This document shows positions 48,935 to 57,642 of a stretch of 64,000 nucleotides of DNA, in pieces. Below the pieces are notes generated by a model, which was not told the DNA's origin, searched no databases, and saw only the letters and a list, made by a program, of their open reading frames with translations. The stretch lies in sequence record OQ561750; one strand, written 5' to 3'. This DNA comes from Escherichia phage LHE83. Position numbers and translations under genes: made by a program. The number at the start of each line of letters is the position of its first letter. Positions within the stretch are counted from its first letter, which is position 1.

Positions 48935-49221
48935 TTAAATTATCTGTAGTAGTATTATCTATTGGCTTGTTAGTTGGATGTGCTCAGGAGCTTCCTGTAG
49001 TGCCTAAGCAACAACTACATCCTTCATGGCCACAACCTATTGCCGAACATAATGTTAAATGGCAGGTTAAGGTAATCGATGGTAAAGCTTGGGTTGGGAT
49101 GCCGTTTGAAGACTCCCAAGAACATCGTATTTGGTTGAATGACGTAAAAAGATATGTACAAGACCAGAAATCTATGTTATGTTATTATCGTTCCGGTCTA
49201 AAAGAGGAGAAGTGCAAATGA
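48931..49221 (+). CDS. o-spanin lipoprotein (Rz1-like; T4 pseT.2 position)
   Basis: 96 aa; signal peptide with lipobox LLVGC; Pro-rich mature part. Confidence 0.65.
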   Translation: MIKLSVVVLSIGLLVGCAQELPVVPKQQLHPSWPQPIAEHNVKWQVKVIDGKAWVGMPFEDSQEHRIWLNDVKRYVQDQKSMLCYYRSGLKEEKCK

Positions 49222-49325
49222 TTGAGACATGTGTTTGCGGTTGGGATGCCGTTAGATTTGGCGCTGCATTCTTTTGTTTTGGGATTGTGTTCAGCATGTG
49301 TATGCATGGTCTTTTCGGAAAGTAG
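49218..49325 (+). CDS. small hydrophobic peptide (35 aa)
   Basis: ATGA overlap with o-spanin stop; GAGGAG SD at 8 nt; Cys-rich hydrophobic; hand-translated. Confidence 0.3.
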   Translation: MIETCVCGWDAVRFGAAFFCFGIVFSMCMHGLFGK

Positions 49326-49354
49326 TTTACAAACTCTTGGGAGCAGAGTATAAT
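49325..49354 (+). promoter_or_regulatory. early promoter in hairpin (GTTTAC, 18 bp, TATAAT)
   Basis: Stem GGAGCA / TGCTCC around -10. Confidence 0.5.
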
Positions 49355-49388
49355 GCTCCTACGGATTATAAAAATTGAGGAAATTATT

Positions 49389-50592
<1,204 letters not shown>

Positions 50593-50593
<1 letters not shown>

Positions 50594-50790
50594 TGAATAA
50601 TATCGAAAAGATTTTTCGTACAATCGAAGAAATTGAAAAACGTAAATGCTTTTTCTTCGGCGTATGGCCTTTAACTGATGGACGTATTGGCCTGGATGTT
50701 ATGGACTATAGAGATGAAGACAAGGTCGATGGTGGTATTTTTAAATCCGCTCCTGAACTCCTTGCCTTCTTGGAAGAACATTATGTATAA
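50593..50790 (+). CDS. hypothetical protein (65 aa)
   Basis: ATG overlapping pseT stop. Confidence 0.4.
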
Positions 50791-50998
50791 CAAACACCAC
50801 GAAGTTGAAGAAGAAGCTTATAAAGAGCTTCAGAAACTGGTAGGTCAGAATATGTCTCCTACCCTCATTAACTCACTAGCAGCCCTTCGTAATGACCTCA
50901 ATGAACGTTACAAAGGCGAGTACTATGTTGAGTTCGCTCCTCTGACTGAAGTCGTTGACCGGTTTATTGTTAACGTGAAGGTCCATACAGTACACTGA
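50783..50998 (+). CDS. hypothetical protein (71 aa)
   Basis: Internal ATG of track ORF 50678; overlaps previous ORF end. Confidence 0.35.
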   Translation: MYNKHHEVEEEAYKELQKLVGQNMSPTLINSLAALRNDLNERYKGEYYVEFAPLTEVVDRFIVNVKVHTVH

Positions 50999-51005
50999 GG
51001 TAATT

Positions 51006-51284
51006 ATGTTCCCTACTTATTCTGAAATTGTTAAAGTAGTTTTTAGTCAGATTGTATCTGATTACCTATACGAACCCGTCGACACGTCGACTGAACTAAA
51101 GGTGCATGGTCGTTTGTCTGCTATTCTGGAAATCATGTTCCCGGATGCAGTTGATGCAATCACTGTTCAACTCACGCCTGGTGCAGCAATTGCAATTGTC
51201 CCATTTAAAATTGATAACCACATTTTGGCTATTTCATGCAAAATGGACTTCCAGAAACAAACGGTAGTTGTCGAAGCAATTTAA
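51006..51284 (+). CDS. hypothetical protein (92 aa)
   Basis: ATG with GAGG SD. Confidence 0.45.
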   Translation: MFPTYSEIVKVVFSQIVSDYLYEPVDTSTELKVHGRLSAILEIMFPDAVDAITVQLTPGAAIAIVPFKIDNHILAISCKMDFQKQTVVVEAI

Positions 51285-51286
51285 GT

Positions 51287-51316
51287 GTTTACACTATGGT
51301 AGGACTGTGGTATAGT
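51287..51316 (+). promoter_or_regulatory. early promoter in hairpin (GTTTAC, 18 bp, TATAGT)
   Basis: Arms GGTAGGACT / AGTCCTACC flank the -10. Confidence 0.5.
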
Positions 51317-51346
51317 AGTCCTACCGAAACAAATGAGGAAATCGAA

Positions 51347-51901
51347 ATGAGCCAGTTCTTTGAAGAGCGTAAGTTTTATAAGTTCGTTGGTGAATACACT
51401 AAAAACAAATTCACTAATAACGGTGCTTATGGCCTCAATACAGCTTTTGCTAAGTATGTGGGTATGAATCCGTTTGAAGTTGAAATTGATTACCATAACG
51501 GGAAGCCACGTGTAAGCCGAATTCGTGTATATGACGAGATGATGTTTGTCGACCCGAGCAAAATGACAGGTAATCCTAATGATGCAAATAGTGTTCTTTT
51601 TAATTCGTCAGGCTTTTTTAGCCATGAATTCGAATACTTTATCGAAGTGGTAGACCCTAAAGAACTGCAGTTAGTTTTCCAGAACCCTGAAATCAAACCT
51701 ATTAAAACTCCGGCCGATTGGAAAGTGCTTATTGTTAAAAATGGTAAGATTGAAGTTCATTCTCGCCATAACACAAAGGAACAAGCCGATCGTCAGGCTG
51801 AAGAGCTTTTGACCAGTTCGTTCCAACAAGTGTGTTATATTGTTAAAGGCGACGTTACCCAAGCTACCACTACCAAACAACTTAAGTTGGAGACCATCTA
51901 A
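51347..51901 (+). CDS. hypothetical protein (184 aa)
   Basis: ATG with GAGGAAA SD. Confidence 0.5.
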   Translation: MSQFFEERKFYKFVGEYTKNKFTNNGAYGLNTAFAKYVGMNPFEVEIDYHNGKPRVSRIRVYDEMMFVDPSKMTGNPNDANSVLFNSSGFFSHEFEYFIEVVDPKELQLVFQNPEIKPIKTPADWKVLIVKNGKIEVHSRHNTKEQADRQAEELLTSSFQQVCYIVKGDVTQATTTKQLKLETI

Positions 51902-52134
51902 TGCTGAGCGAACAACCTATTACTGTAGAGCAGTTCCAAGTTAAAGTTAAAGAATTTGCTCAGGCCCTGATTAATAAGGTTTCTGTACGTTTTCCTGACG
52001 CAACTCTGCGAGTAATTCAGGAATCACCACGTGCGGTATTGGTTATCGTTAATCCTAAAAATGGCGGCCAGATTACCCAGTTGAAACTTGGTTCTGATGG
52101 TCTGGTCGAAGCGCAGCGAGTGTTCATAGAATGA
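51901..52134 (+). CDS. hypothetical protein (77 aa)
   Basis: Start overlaps upstream stop. Confidence 0.45.
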   Translation: MLSEQPITVEQFQVKVKEFAQALINKVSVRFPDATLRVIQESPRAVLVIVNPKNGGQITQLKLGSDGLVEAQRVFIE

Positions 52135-52676
52135 AAGCAAGCACATACCTTCAGATTGCATATCTGATTTCTCAAGAATCAAAATGTTGTTCATGGAAAG
52201 TGGGTGCGGTTATCGAAAAGAATGGTCGCATTATCTCTACAGGCTATAACGGTTCACCGTCCGGCGGTGTTAACTGTTGTGACCACGCTGTGGAACAAGA
52301 CTGGACCCGTGTTGTGTATGACCCAGCGCGGATGTCGCATAAATCTGTTCTTCTTAAAGAACACCGCATGGCTCACGCTGCATGGTCATCTAAAAATGAA
52401 ATCCATGCTGAACTGAATGCTATTTTGTTTGCAGCTCGTACCGGAAGTTCTATTGATGGCGCTACGATGTATGTGACGTTATCTCCGTGCGCCGATTGTG
52501 CTAAGTCTATTGCGCAGTCTGGAATTAAAACATTGGTTTATGCTGAGCTCTATGACCGAAATCCTGAAGGGTGGGACGATATCCTCCGTGAATCAGGCAT
52601 CGAAGTTATCCAGTATAATCGTACAGGTCTCCGTTCTTTGAACTGGGAATCAATTCAAAACTATTGTGGTGAATAA
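52131..52676 (+). CDS. cd: dCMP deaminase
   Basis: 181 aa; cytidine/deoxycytidylate deaminase zinc motifs HAELNA and SPCADCAK. Confidence 0.85.
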   Translation: MKASTYLQIAYLISQESKCCSWKVGAVIEKNGRIISTGYNGSPSGGVNCCDHAVEQDWTRVVYDPARMSHKSVLLKEHRMAHAAWSSKNEIHAELNAILFAARTGSSIDGATMYVTLSPCADCAKSIAQSGIKTLVYAELYDRNPEGWDDILRESGIEVIQYNRTGLRSLNWESIQNYCGE

Positions 52677-52909
52677 TGAAATTTCGTCTAGTTAAATTTT
52701 CAGGTCTGAACTCAAAAGGTGAAAGCTTAGTAGCCTATTCAGTAGAATATAAAAAGTACTTTTTCTCTCGATGGAAATCGTACTATAAATCTGAGTGGGA
52801 TTATGCCAACATGAATTACAAAACAGTACCTATTCTTGAAAATTGCCATAGCCTATTAAGAGCTCTAAAAGAGCGTAATGCAACCACTATCAAAACTATT
52901 CTGGAATAA
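52676..52909 (+). CDS. hypothetical protein (77 aa)
   Basis: ATGA overlap with cd stop. Confidence 0.45.
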   Translation: MKFRLVKFSGLNSKGESLVAYSVEYKKYFFSRWKSYYKSEWDYANMNYKTVPILENCHSLLRALKERNATTIKTILE

Positions 52910-52911
52910 TT

Positions 52912-53211
52912 ATGATTTTAACTGAACAAGAAACTATTCGTCTGCGTGAAAAAGTCAAGACTATTTTGTCTGTCGGCTTTCATGAAGTCATGTTTGAAAA
53001 GGCAGATGGCAGCGTTCGTCGTATGACTTGCACTCGTGACTTAGACCTGCTTCCATATAAAGAAGTCCAGGCCCCTGGCCCAGAAGCTAATAAAGAACCA
53101 GTTAATTATATTCGTGTATTTGATACCAAGGTTAATGACTGGCGCTCATTCCGTTTCGATAAGCTGGTTTCCGTTAATGGGCTTCAGACTGAAACTCTGC
53201 TTGTCCTGTAA
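52912..53211 (+). CDS. hypothetical protein (99 aa)
   Basis: Track ORF; position of T4 31.1/31.2. Confidence 0.45.
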   Translation: MILTEQETIRLREKVKTILSVGFHEVMFEKADGSVRRMTCTRDLDLLPYKEVQAPGPEANKEPVNYIRVFDTKVNDWRSFRFDKLVSVNGLQTETLLVL

Positions 53212-53213
53212 TA

Positions 53214-53238
53214 TGCTTTAAGAATAGCGTGTTATTAT
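53214..53238 (+). promoter_or_regulatory. MotA-dependent middle promoter for gene 31
   Basis: TGCTTTA box, 12 nt, then TATTAT, then CTATCAAC block. Confidence 0.5.
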
Positions 53239-53269
53239 TAATCTATCAACAAAACAATATGGATTAAAT

Positions 53270-53593
53270 ATGGAACTTCCTATTAAAGCGGTCGGAGAAT
53301 ATGTTATTCTCGTTTCCGAACCAAAACAAGCTGGTGATGAAGAAACTACTGCATCTGGTATCGTTATTGGCAAACTCCATCAAGGTGAAATCCCTGAACT
53401 TTGTGAAATTTATTCTGTAGGACCTGATGTCCCTGAAGATTTTTGTGAAGTAGGTGATTTGACTCCACTTCCTGTTGGTAAGATTGCTAACGTGCCTCAT
53501 CCGTTGGTTGCATTGGGTATTAAACAACCTAAAGAAATTAAACAAAAATTCGTTACCTGTCACTATAAAGCTATTCCTTGCCTTTATAAGTGA
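53270..53593 (+). CDS. 31: co-chaperonin gp31 (GroES-like)
   Basis: 107 aa; near-colinear with T4 gp31 as recalled ([41 protein letters not shown]). Confidence 0.85.
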   Translation: MELPIKAVGEYVILVSEPKQAGDEETTASGIVIGKLHQGEIPELCEIYSVGPDVPEDFCEVGDLTPLPVGKIANVPHPLVALGIKQPKEIKQKFVTCHYKAIPCLYK

Positions 53594-53601
53594 TATAAAT
53601 A
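53594..53601 (+). promoter_or_regulatory. TATAAATA late-promoter-like element downstream of gene 31
   Basis: Exact TATAAATA immediately after gp31 stop, 139 nt upstream of rIII. Confidence 0.35.
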
Positions 53602-53739
53602 ATAATATGGATTGGCTGCCGGACTAGTTAGTTAACCGGAGAATCCTAAGCGGTGGACTACAACTGAGAGACTTGCCGAAAGGAAGTGAAATTCAGAAGA
53701 ACGTGTCCACCAATCTTTATCTCGAATTGAGAAACTAAA

Positions 53740-53988
53740 ATGAACAAACAATTGAATCACGCTCTTGAACTGCAACGCAACGCTTGGAACAACGGTCACG
53801 AAAACTACGGCGCATCTATTGATGTTGAAGCCGAAGCACTGGAAATCCTGCGTTATTTCAAACATCTGAATCCTGCTCAGGCTACTCTGGCTGCTGAACT
53901 GGAAGCTAAAGATGAACTGAAATTTGCTAAGCCTTTGGCTTCAGCAGCTCGTAAAGCAGTACGTCATTTTATTATTACCCTGAAGTAA
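53740..53988 (+). CDS. rIII: lysis inhibition accessory protein rIII
   Basis: 82 aa; near-colinear with T4 rIII as recalled (NGHENYGASIDVEAEALEILRYFKHLNPAQ). Confidence 0.8.
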   Translation: MNKQLNHALELQRNAWNNGHENYGASIDVEAEALEILRYFKHLNPAQATLAAELEAKDELKFAKPLASAARKAVRHFIITLK

Positions 53989-54252
53989 GTTAAATCGAGG
54001 AGCCGTCGAACTGTTTGATTAATGATTTGCGAATCATTATAGTTTTAAGACCCCAACAGTTTTACGGTGTACCTCTTGAATGTATTTTGTACTATCACGC
54101 GTCAGAAAAAGGTTATCTGTCTAAGTCGTGGTCGGTATGATGACGAGGTTTATGGTTATCCTGTCGTTAAATATCCGAAACCTATGTTCCCCTTGAGGGC
54201 TTGCGCAGGCAATGCCAATAAGTCCTGCATTCTATTTTAAAGAGAATTTAAT

Positions 54253-54414
54253 ATGGCTAAGAAAGAAGTTAAAGTTGTTGATGGCTCCTCCAAACGCGCT
54301 GGTTACAAGCGTGCGTCCAACAAGCGAATCAATCAGGTAACTGATAAACTTCAGGCTCGTGCTCGTGCGGTATTGCGTGCCGATGCAGCTTGCTTTGGTA
54401 AGCCGAAAGCATAA
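54253..54414 (+). CDS. small basic protein (53 aa)
   Basis: Hand-translated ORF after a 260-bp non-coding stretch; followed by terminator; weak SD. Confidence 0.3.
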   Translation: MAKKEVKVVDGSSKRAGYKRASNKRINQVTDKLQARARAVLRADAACFGKPKA

Positions 54415-54419
54415 GTTCA

Positions 54420-54444
54420 GGGACTCTTCGGAGTCCCATTTTTG
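54420..54444 (+). terminator. intrinsic terminator (GGGACUC-UUCG-GAGUCCC then AUUUUUG)
   Basis: 7-bp stem, UUCG loop, T-run. Confidence 0.7.
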
Positions 54445-54464
54445 TTTCTAAATCTTTAAAAAAG

Positions 54465-54493
54465 GTATACATCTCCGGTAGGCGTGATACTAT
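54465..54493 (+). promoter_or_regulatory. early promoter (GTATAC, 17 bp, TACTAT) with 45-nt leader duplicated at 54894-54941
   Basis: Leader TATAGACCTGTACCAAATAATACGAAAACAAACTGGAGAATAAAA is repeated before the next gene. Confidence 0.5.
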
Positions 54494-54534
54494 AGACCTG
54501 TACCAAATAATACGAAAACAAACTGGAGAATAAA

Positions 54535-54867
54535 ATGAAAACTGTAAATCTGAATGCATCTGTTAAAGCTAAATGTTTCAACGGTGAATATCAAGAAACC
54601 ATGTGGGTCCTGACTGCAGTTGAAGGTGATATCATCGAAGTCGAAACAACTGAAGGTATGGGTACTGATTTTACATTCACCATCGAGCTTCACAACTTCT
54701 TTACAGGTTGGATTTATGAACTGAAAACTGTAATTACTGGTCGTATTGAAGAAAACAAAATTGGTGAATTCTATTACGTTAATGCCCGTACACGCGCTGA
54801 ACGTCTGATTGCTCAGATGAAAAAAGTTGGTAAACTTGATATGAAAAATTGGAATGTCGTGAAATAA
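54535..54867 (+). CDS. hypothetical protein (110 aa)
   Basis: ATG with GGAGAATAAA SD. Confidence 0.5.
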   Translation: MKTVNLNASVKAKCFNGEYQETMWVLTAVEGDIIEVETTEGMGTDFTFTIELHNFFTGWIYELKTVITGRIEENKIGEFYYVNARTRAERLIAQMKKVGKLDMKNWNVVK

Positions 54868-54869
54868 AT

Positions 54870-54899
54870 GTTTTACTTTGGTACAGGTTGTGTTATTAT
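54870..54899 (+). promoter_or_regulatory. early promoter in hairpin (GTTTTAC, 17 bp, TATTAT); second copy of duplicated leader
   Basis: Arms GGTACAGGT (54880-54888) and ACCTGTACC (54902-54910). Confidence 0.5.
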
Positions 54900-54941
54900 A
54901 GACCTGTACCAAATAATACGAAAACAAACTGGAGAATAAAA

Positions 54942-55307
54942 ATGAACTACATCAACTTCGAACGTAAATATGTTTCTAACGGTATCGCTGGTTCTTCCGA
55001 AGTTATTTGCCTGTGGAAACACGAAAACGGTACAGTGTGCGAAATCGAACAGTGCATGACTCCTAACTACGTTTATATGCGCTTTGAAAATGGTATTACG
55101 GTTTCAATCACAATGGAAGGTTCTACTTTTAAAATCGCTTTAGATGATGATTTCCGTCAACGTGATTTAGGTACCCATCCTTGCTGGAACGGTGTTAATC
55201 GTAAGCTTCTGGTTAAAACTTGGATTCGTCACATCCTGAGCAACCGAGCTAAACCTGAACACCTGGAAGCAATCTTTGATGTAGTTCTGAACGAATTCGA
55301 CATCTAA
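54942..55307 (+). CDS. hypothetical protein (121 aa)
   Basis: ATG with GGAGAATAAAA SD; same leader as previous gene but unrelated protein. Confidence 0.5.
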   Translation: MNYINFERKYVSNGIAGSSEVICLWKHENGTVCEIEQCMTPNYVYMRFENGITVSITMEGSTFKIALDDDFRQRDLGTHPCWNGVNRKLLVKTWIRHILSNRAKPEHLEAIFDVVLNEFDI

Positions 55308-55317
55308 TCTTAAAAAT

Positions 55318-55333
55318 GGAGGCTTCGGCCTCC
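55318..55333 (+). other. RNA stem-loop (GGAGGC-UUCG-GCCUCC), weak U-tract
   Basis: Same hairpin sequence as at 16776. Confidence 0.45.
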
Positions 55334-55348
55334 TTTGAGGAAAATATT

Positions 55349-55636
55349 ATGTTTATGACCACTTATTTCGATACTCGTAAAAATTTCTGTGAAGTTGTTT
55401 TCTCTAAAGCAGGTAAAGACGTTCCTGCCGACAAACAACCTACTCGTGAATCTATTAAGGCTTATGCTGATGTTGTATGTCCAGTAGAATTCCGTACTGT
55501 TAATGGTCGTGATACCCTAGCAATCACTAAGCTAAACCATGATATCAATATCGACCCAAGTGTCGCCCGTGAAGTCAATACCTCTGACATCTATGGTGGT
55601 AATGTTAAATCACATGGCTTTCAGATGAGGTTCTAA
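55349..55636 (+). CDS. hypothetical protein (95 aa)
   Basis: ATG with GAGGAAAA SD. Confidence 0.45.
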   Translation: MFMTTYFDTRKNFCEVVFSKAGKDVPADKQPTRESIKAYADVVCPVEFRTVNGRDTLAITKLNHDINIDPSVAREVNTSDIYGGNVKSHGFQMRF

Positions 55637-55830
55637 TGCAACTATTCTTATCACAAACTGTTCAGCTAAAAGGTGTAGGTATTCCTGGAATGATTTCAAA
55701 GGTTCTACCTGCTTTTAAATTAGGTAATGTTACTATTAAAGAAGCCTACACCGTCCTATGGGTCGATGGAACTGAAGATGTTCGCATGGGCGGTGAACTG
55801 TCTGTAATCAAATGTTTAAAGCGAGGATAA
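55636..55830 (+). CDS. hypothetical protein (64 aa)
   Basis: Start overlaps upstream stop. Confidence 0.4.
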   Translation: MQLFLSQTVQLKGVGIPGMISKVLPAFKLGNVTIKEAYTVLWVDGTEDVRMGGELSVIKCLKRG

Positions 55831-55831
55831 T

Positions 55832-56044
55832 ATGTTTAAGAAATTGATTCAGAAATTATTAGGTACGGAAATGGTCGAAGTGACTTATCGTGTAACTGAT
55901 TTATCTCCTGTGCATCCACAAGATGAACCATATACTAAAACAATTAAAATGCTGAAATCTGACGGCGGATTATCTATTAAAGACCGTCTACCTGGTTATG
56001 GTCATTGGGCTGATGTAGAGATTATCAGTGTCAAAGATATTTAA
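55832..56044 (+). CDS. hypothetical protein (70 aa), paralogue of next ORF
   Basis: Shares LVEVTYRV.DLSP and IISVKD motifs with 56054-56266. Confidence 0.45.
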   Translation: MFKKLIQKLLGTEMVEVTYRVTDLSPVHPQDEPYTKTIKMLKSDGGLSIKDRLPGYGHWADVEIISVKDI

Positions 56045-56053
56045 GGAGTCTTC

Positions 56054-56266
56054 ATGATTAAGAAATTATTTAAAAAGCTGTTTGGCTTGGAACTGGTTGA
56101 AGTGACTTATCGTGTTATTGATTTATCACCGCCATATGCTTGCGATGAAGATGCTATTAAAACTGTTGTTATGCGAAAAACATATCGCGGGCAGTCAATT
56201 AAAGAAAGATTGCCAGACCATGGCATGTGGTATGCAACCAAGATTATCAGTGTCAAAGATGTCTGA
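56054..56266 (+). CDS. hypothetical protein (70 aa), paralogue of previous ORF
   Basis: Tandem duplicate. Confidence 0.45.
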   Translation: MIKKLFKKLFGLELVEVTYRVIDLSPPYACDEDAIKTVVMRKTYRGQSIKERLPDHGMWYATKIISVKDV

Positions 56267-56717
56267 GTTAGAAATCAGAAGTAATTTTCCGTGGCCATCG
56301 TGTGCATTAAGTAACTTTGCTAAATGGCCTTTCGTTATGGATGGTATCCAATTTGGAGGGCTCGAAGGATTCCTCCAAGGGTGTAAGGTGAGAAATCATG
56401 AACAACAAAAACGTATATTTGGGATGTCCGGTCTGGCCGCACAACAAACTGGAAGAGCTTATGCAAGAGCTGCGGACCGTGGGACGCTTTTCTGGCTTGG
56501 AATTCCCTTTTCAAGATACTCTACATCATGGAAAGAGTTGTATACAAATGCATATTTTGAAGCAGCGCTCCAAAACAAAGGATTCCGCGACGCATTACAA
56601 GCTACAAAGGGCAAAGTTTTAAAGCATTCGATGGCGAGCCACCTTACAGAATGTGATACAATACTAACTGAAAAAGAGTTTATCGACATCCTAAACAAAT
56701 TGAGAGATTTATTATGA
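56259..56717 (+). CDS. NADAR/YbiA-like (DUF1768) domain protein
   Basis: 152 aa; motifs LSNFA.WP, MDG..F, E.FLQ..K and A..GR, KH resemble E. coli YbiA / NADAR family as recalled; start overlaps upstream stop. Confidence 0.5.
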   Translation: MSELEIRSNFPWPSCALSNFAKWPFVMDGIQFGGLEGFLQGCKVRNHEQQKRIFGMSGLAAQQTGRAYARAADRGTLFWLGIPFSRYSTSWKELYTNAYFEAALQNKGFRDALQATKGKVLKHSMASHLTECDTILTEKEFIDILNKLRDLL

Positions 56718-57352
56718 AACCAGTTATCTTAACAGATATCGATGGAGTATGTTTAAGTTGGCAGTCCGGCTTGCCTTATTTCGCACAGAAATATAATTTG
56801 CCTTTAGAACATATTTTGAATATGATTCAGGACGAACGTTTCTTATCTCCTGGTGAGCTGTTTAATTGTGATAATGAATTAGGCGCTCGTTTAATCGAGA
56901 AGTACAATCAGTCAGATTTTATTCGTTATCTGTCTCCTTACATGGACGCATTAAAACATATCAACAAGCTCAAAAAAGACTTCGATTTTGTAGCCGTGAC
57001 TGCGCTAGGCGACTCAATTGATGCACTGCTGAATAGACAATTCAATTTGAATGCTTTGTTCCCTGGCGCATTCAAGGAGATTCTGATGTGTGGTCATTCA
57101 GAATCAAAAGAAGACCTCTTCATAAGAGCTAAAAATACGTACGGTAAACGTATTAAGTTTTATGTTGATGATTTGGCTCACCACTGTGATGCTGCATCTA
57201 ATGTTCTCATGGATATCCAAGTTTATTGGTTAGCTCGTGGTGAACGTGACTTTAAACCTAATTTAGCCGTAAAGGTTAATTCATGGGACGATATCGCAGC
57301 AATCGAATCCCTTCGTAATAATGCCGCAGTTGAATGGATTGCTCGAGGTTAA
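56714..57352 (+). CDS. HAD-superfamily phosphatase (5'(3')-deoxyribonucleotidase-like)
   Basis: 212 aa; N-terminal HAD motif I ILTDIDGV; later YVDD acidic motif. Confidence 0.5.
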   Translation: MKPVILTDIDGVCLSWQSGLPYFAQKYNLPLEHILNMIQDERFLSPGELFNCDNELGARLIEKYNQSDFIRYLSPYMDALKHINKLKKDFDFVAVTALGDSIDALLNRQFNLNALFPGAFKEILMCGHSESKEDLFIRAKNTYGKRIKFYVDDLAHHCDAASNVLMDIQVYWLARGERDFKPNLAVKVNSWDDIAAIESLRNNAAVEWIARG

Positions 57353-57353
57353 T

Positions 57354-57632
57354 ATGTTTGTAGTTCATACAATTTCAGACTATGGTCCTACCACTACAAT
57401 GGATTATGGTCATGTAAACCAGTTTATTCGTCATGTGAATCATGATTACTCATTTGATGTAAATCCGGCTAAAGACCATCCTGTTTGGCGCGAATGCGTC
57501 GAACAGGGATTCATTTATGTCCACTTTATGTCCAAGTTCAAATCTGATGGGCGAATGAGATTTGTGTTCTCTTATCATAAGCGATTAGACTTGCTTTTGG
57601 CTGATGTGGCTTATAATAGAATCCATGACTAA
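57354..57632 (+). CDS. hypothetical protein (92 aa)
   Basis: ATG with GAGGT SD after upstream stop. Confidence 0.4.
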   Translation: MFVVHTISDYGPTTTMDYGHVNQFIRHVNHDYSFDVNPAKDHPVWRECVEQGFIYVHFMSKFKSDGRMRFVFSYHKRLDLLLADVAYNRIHD

Positions 57633-57642
57633 TGAGGTGATT

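Noticed and set aside
56112-56266. 201-aa track ORF 56112-56717 as a long N-terminally extended protein
   Set aside because: Its first 49 codons overlap the preceding 70-aa gene out of frame; the NADAR-like domain begins at the ATG at 56259.
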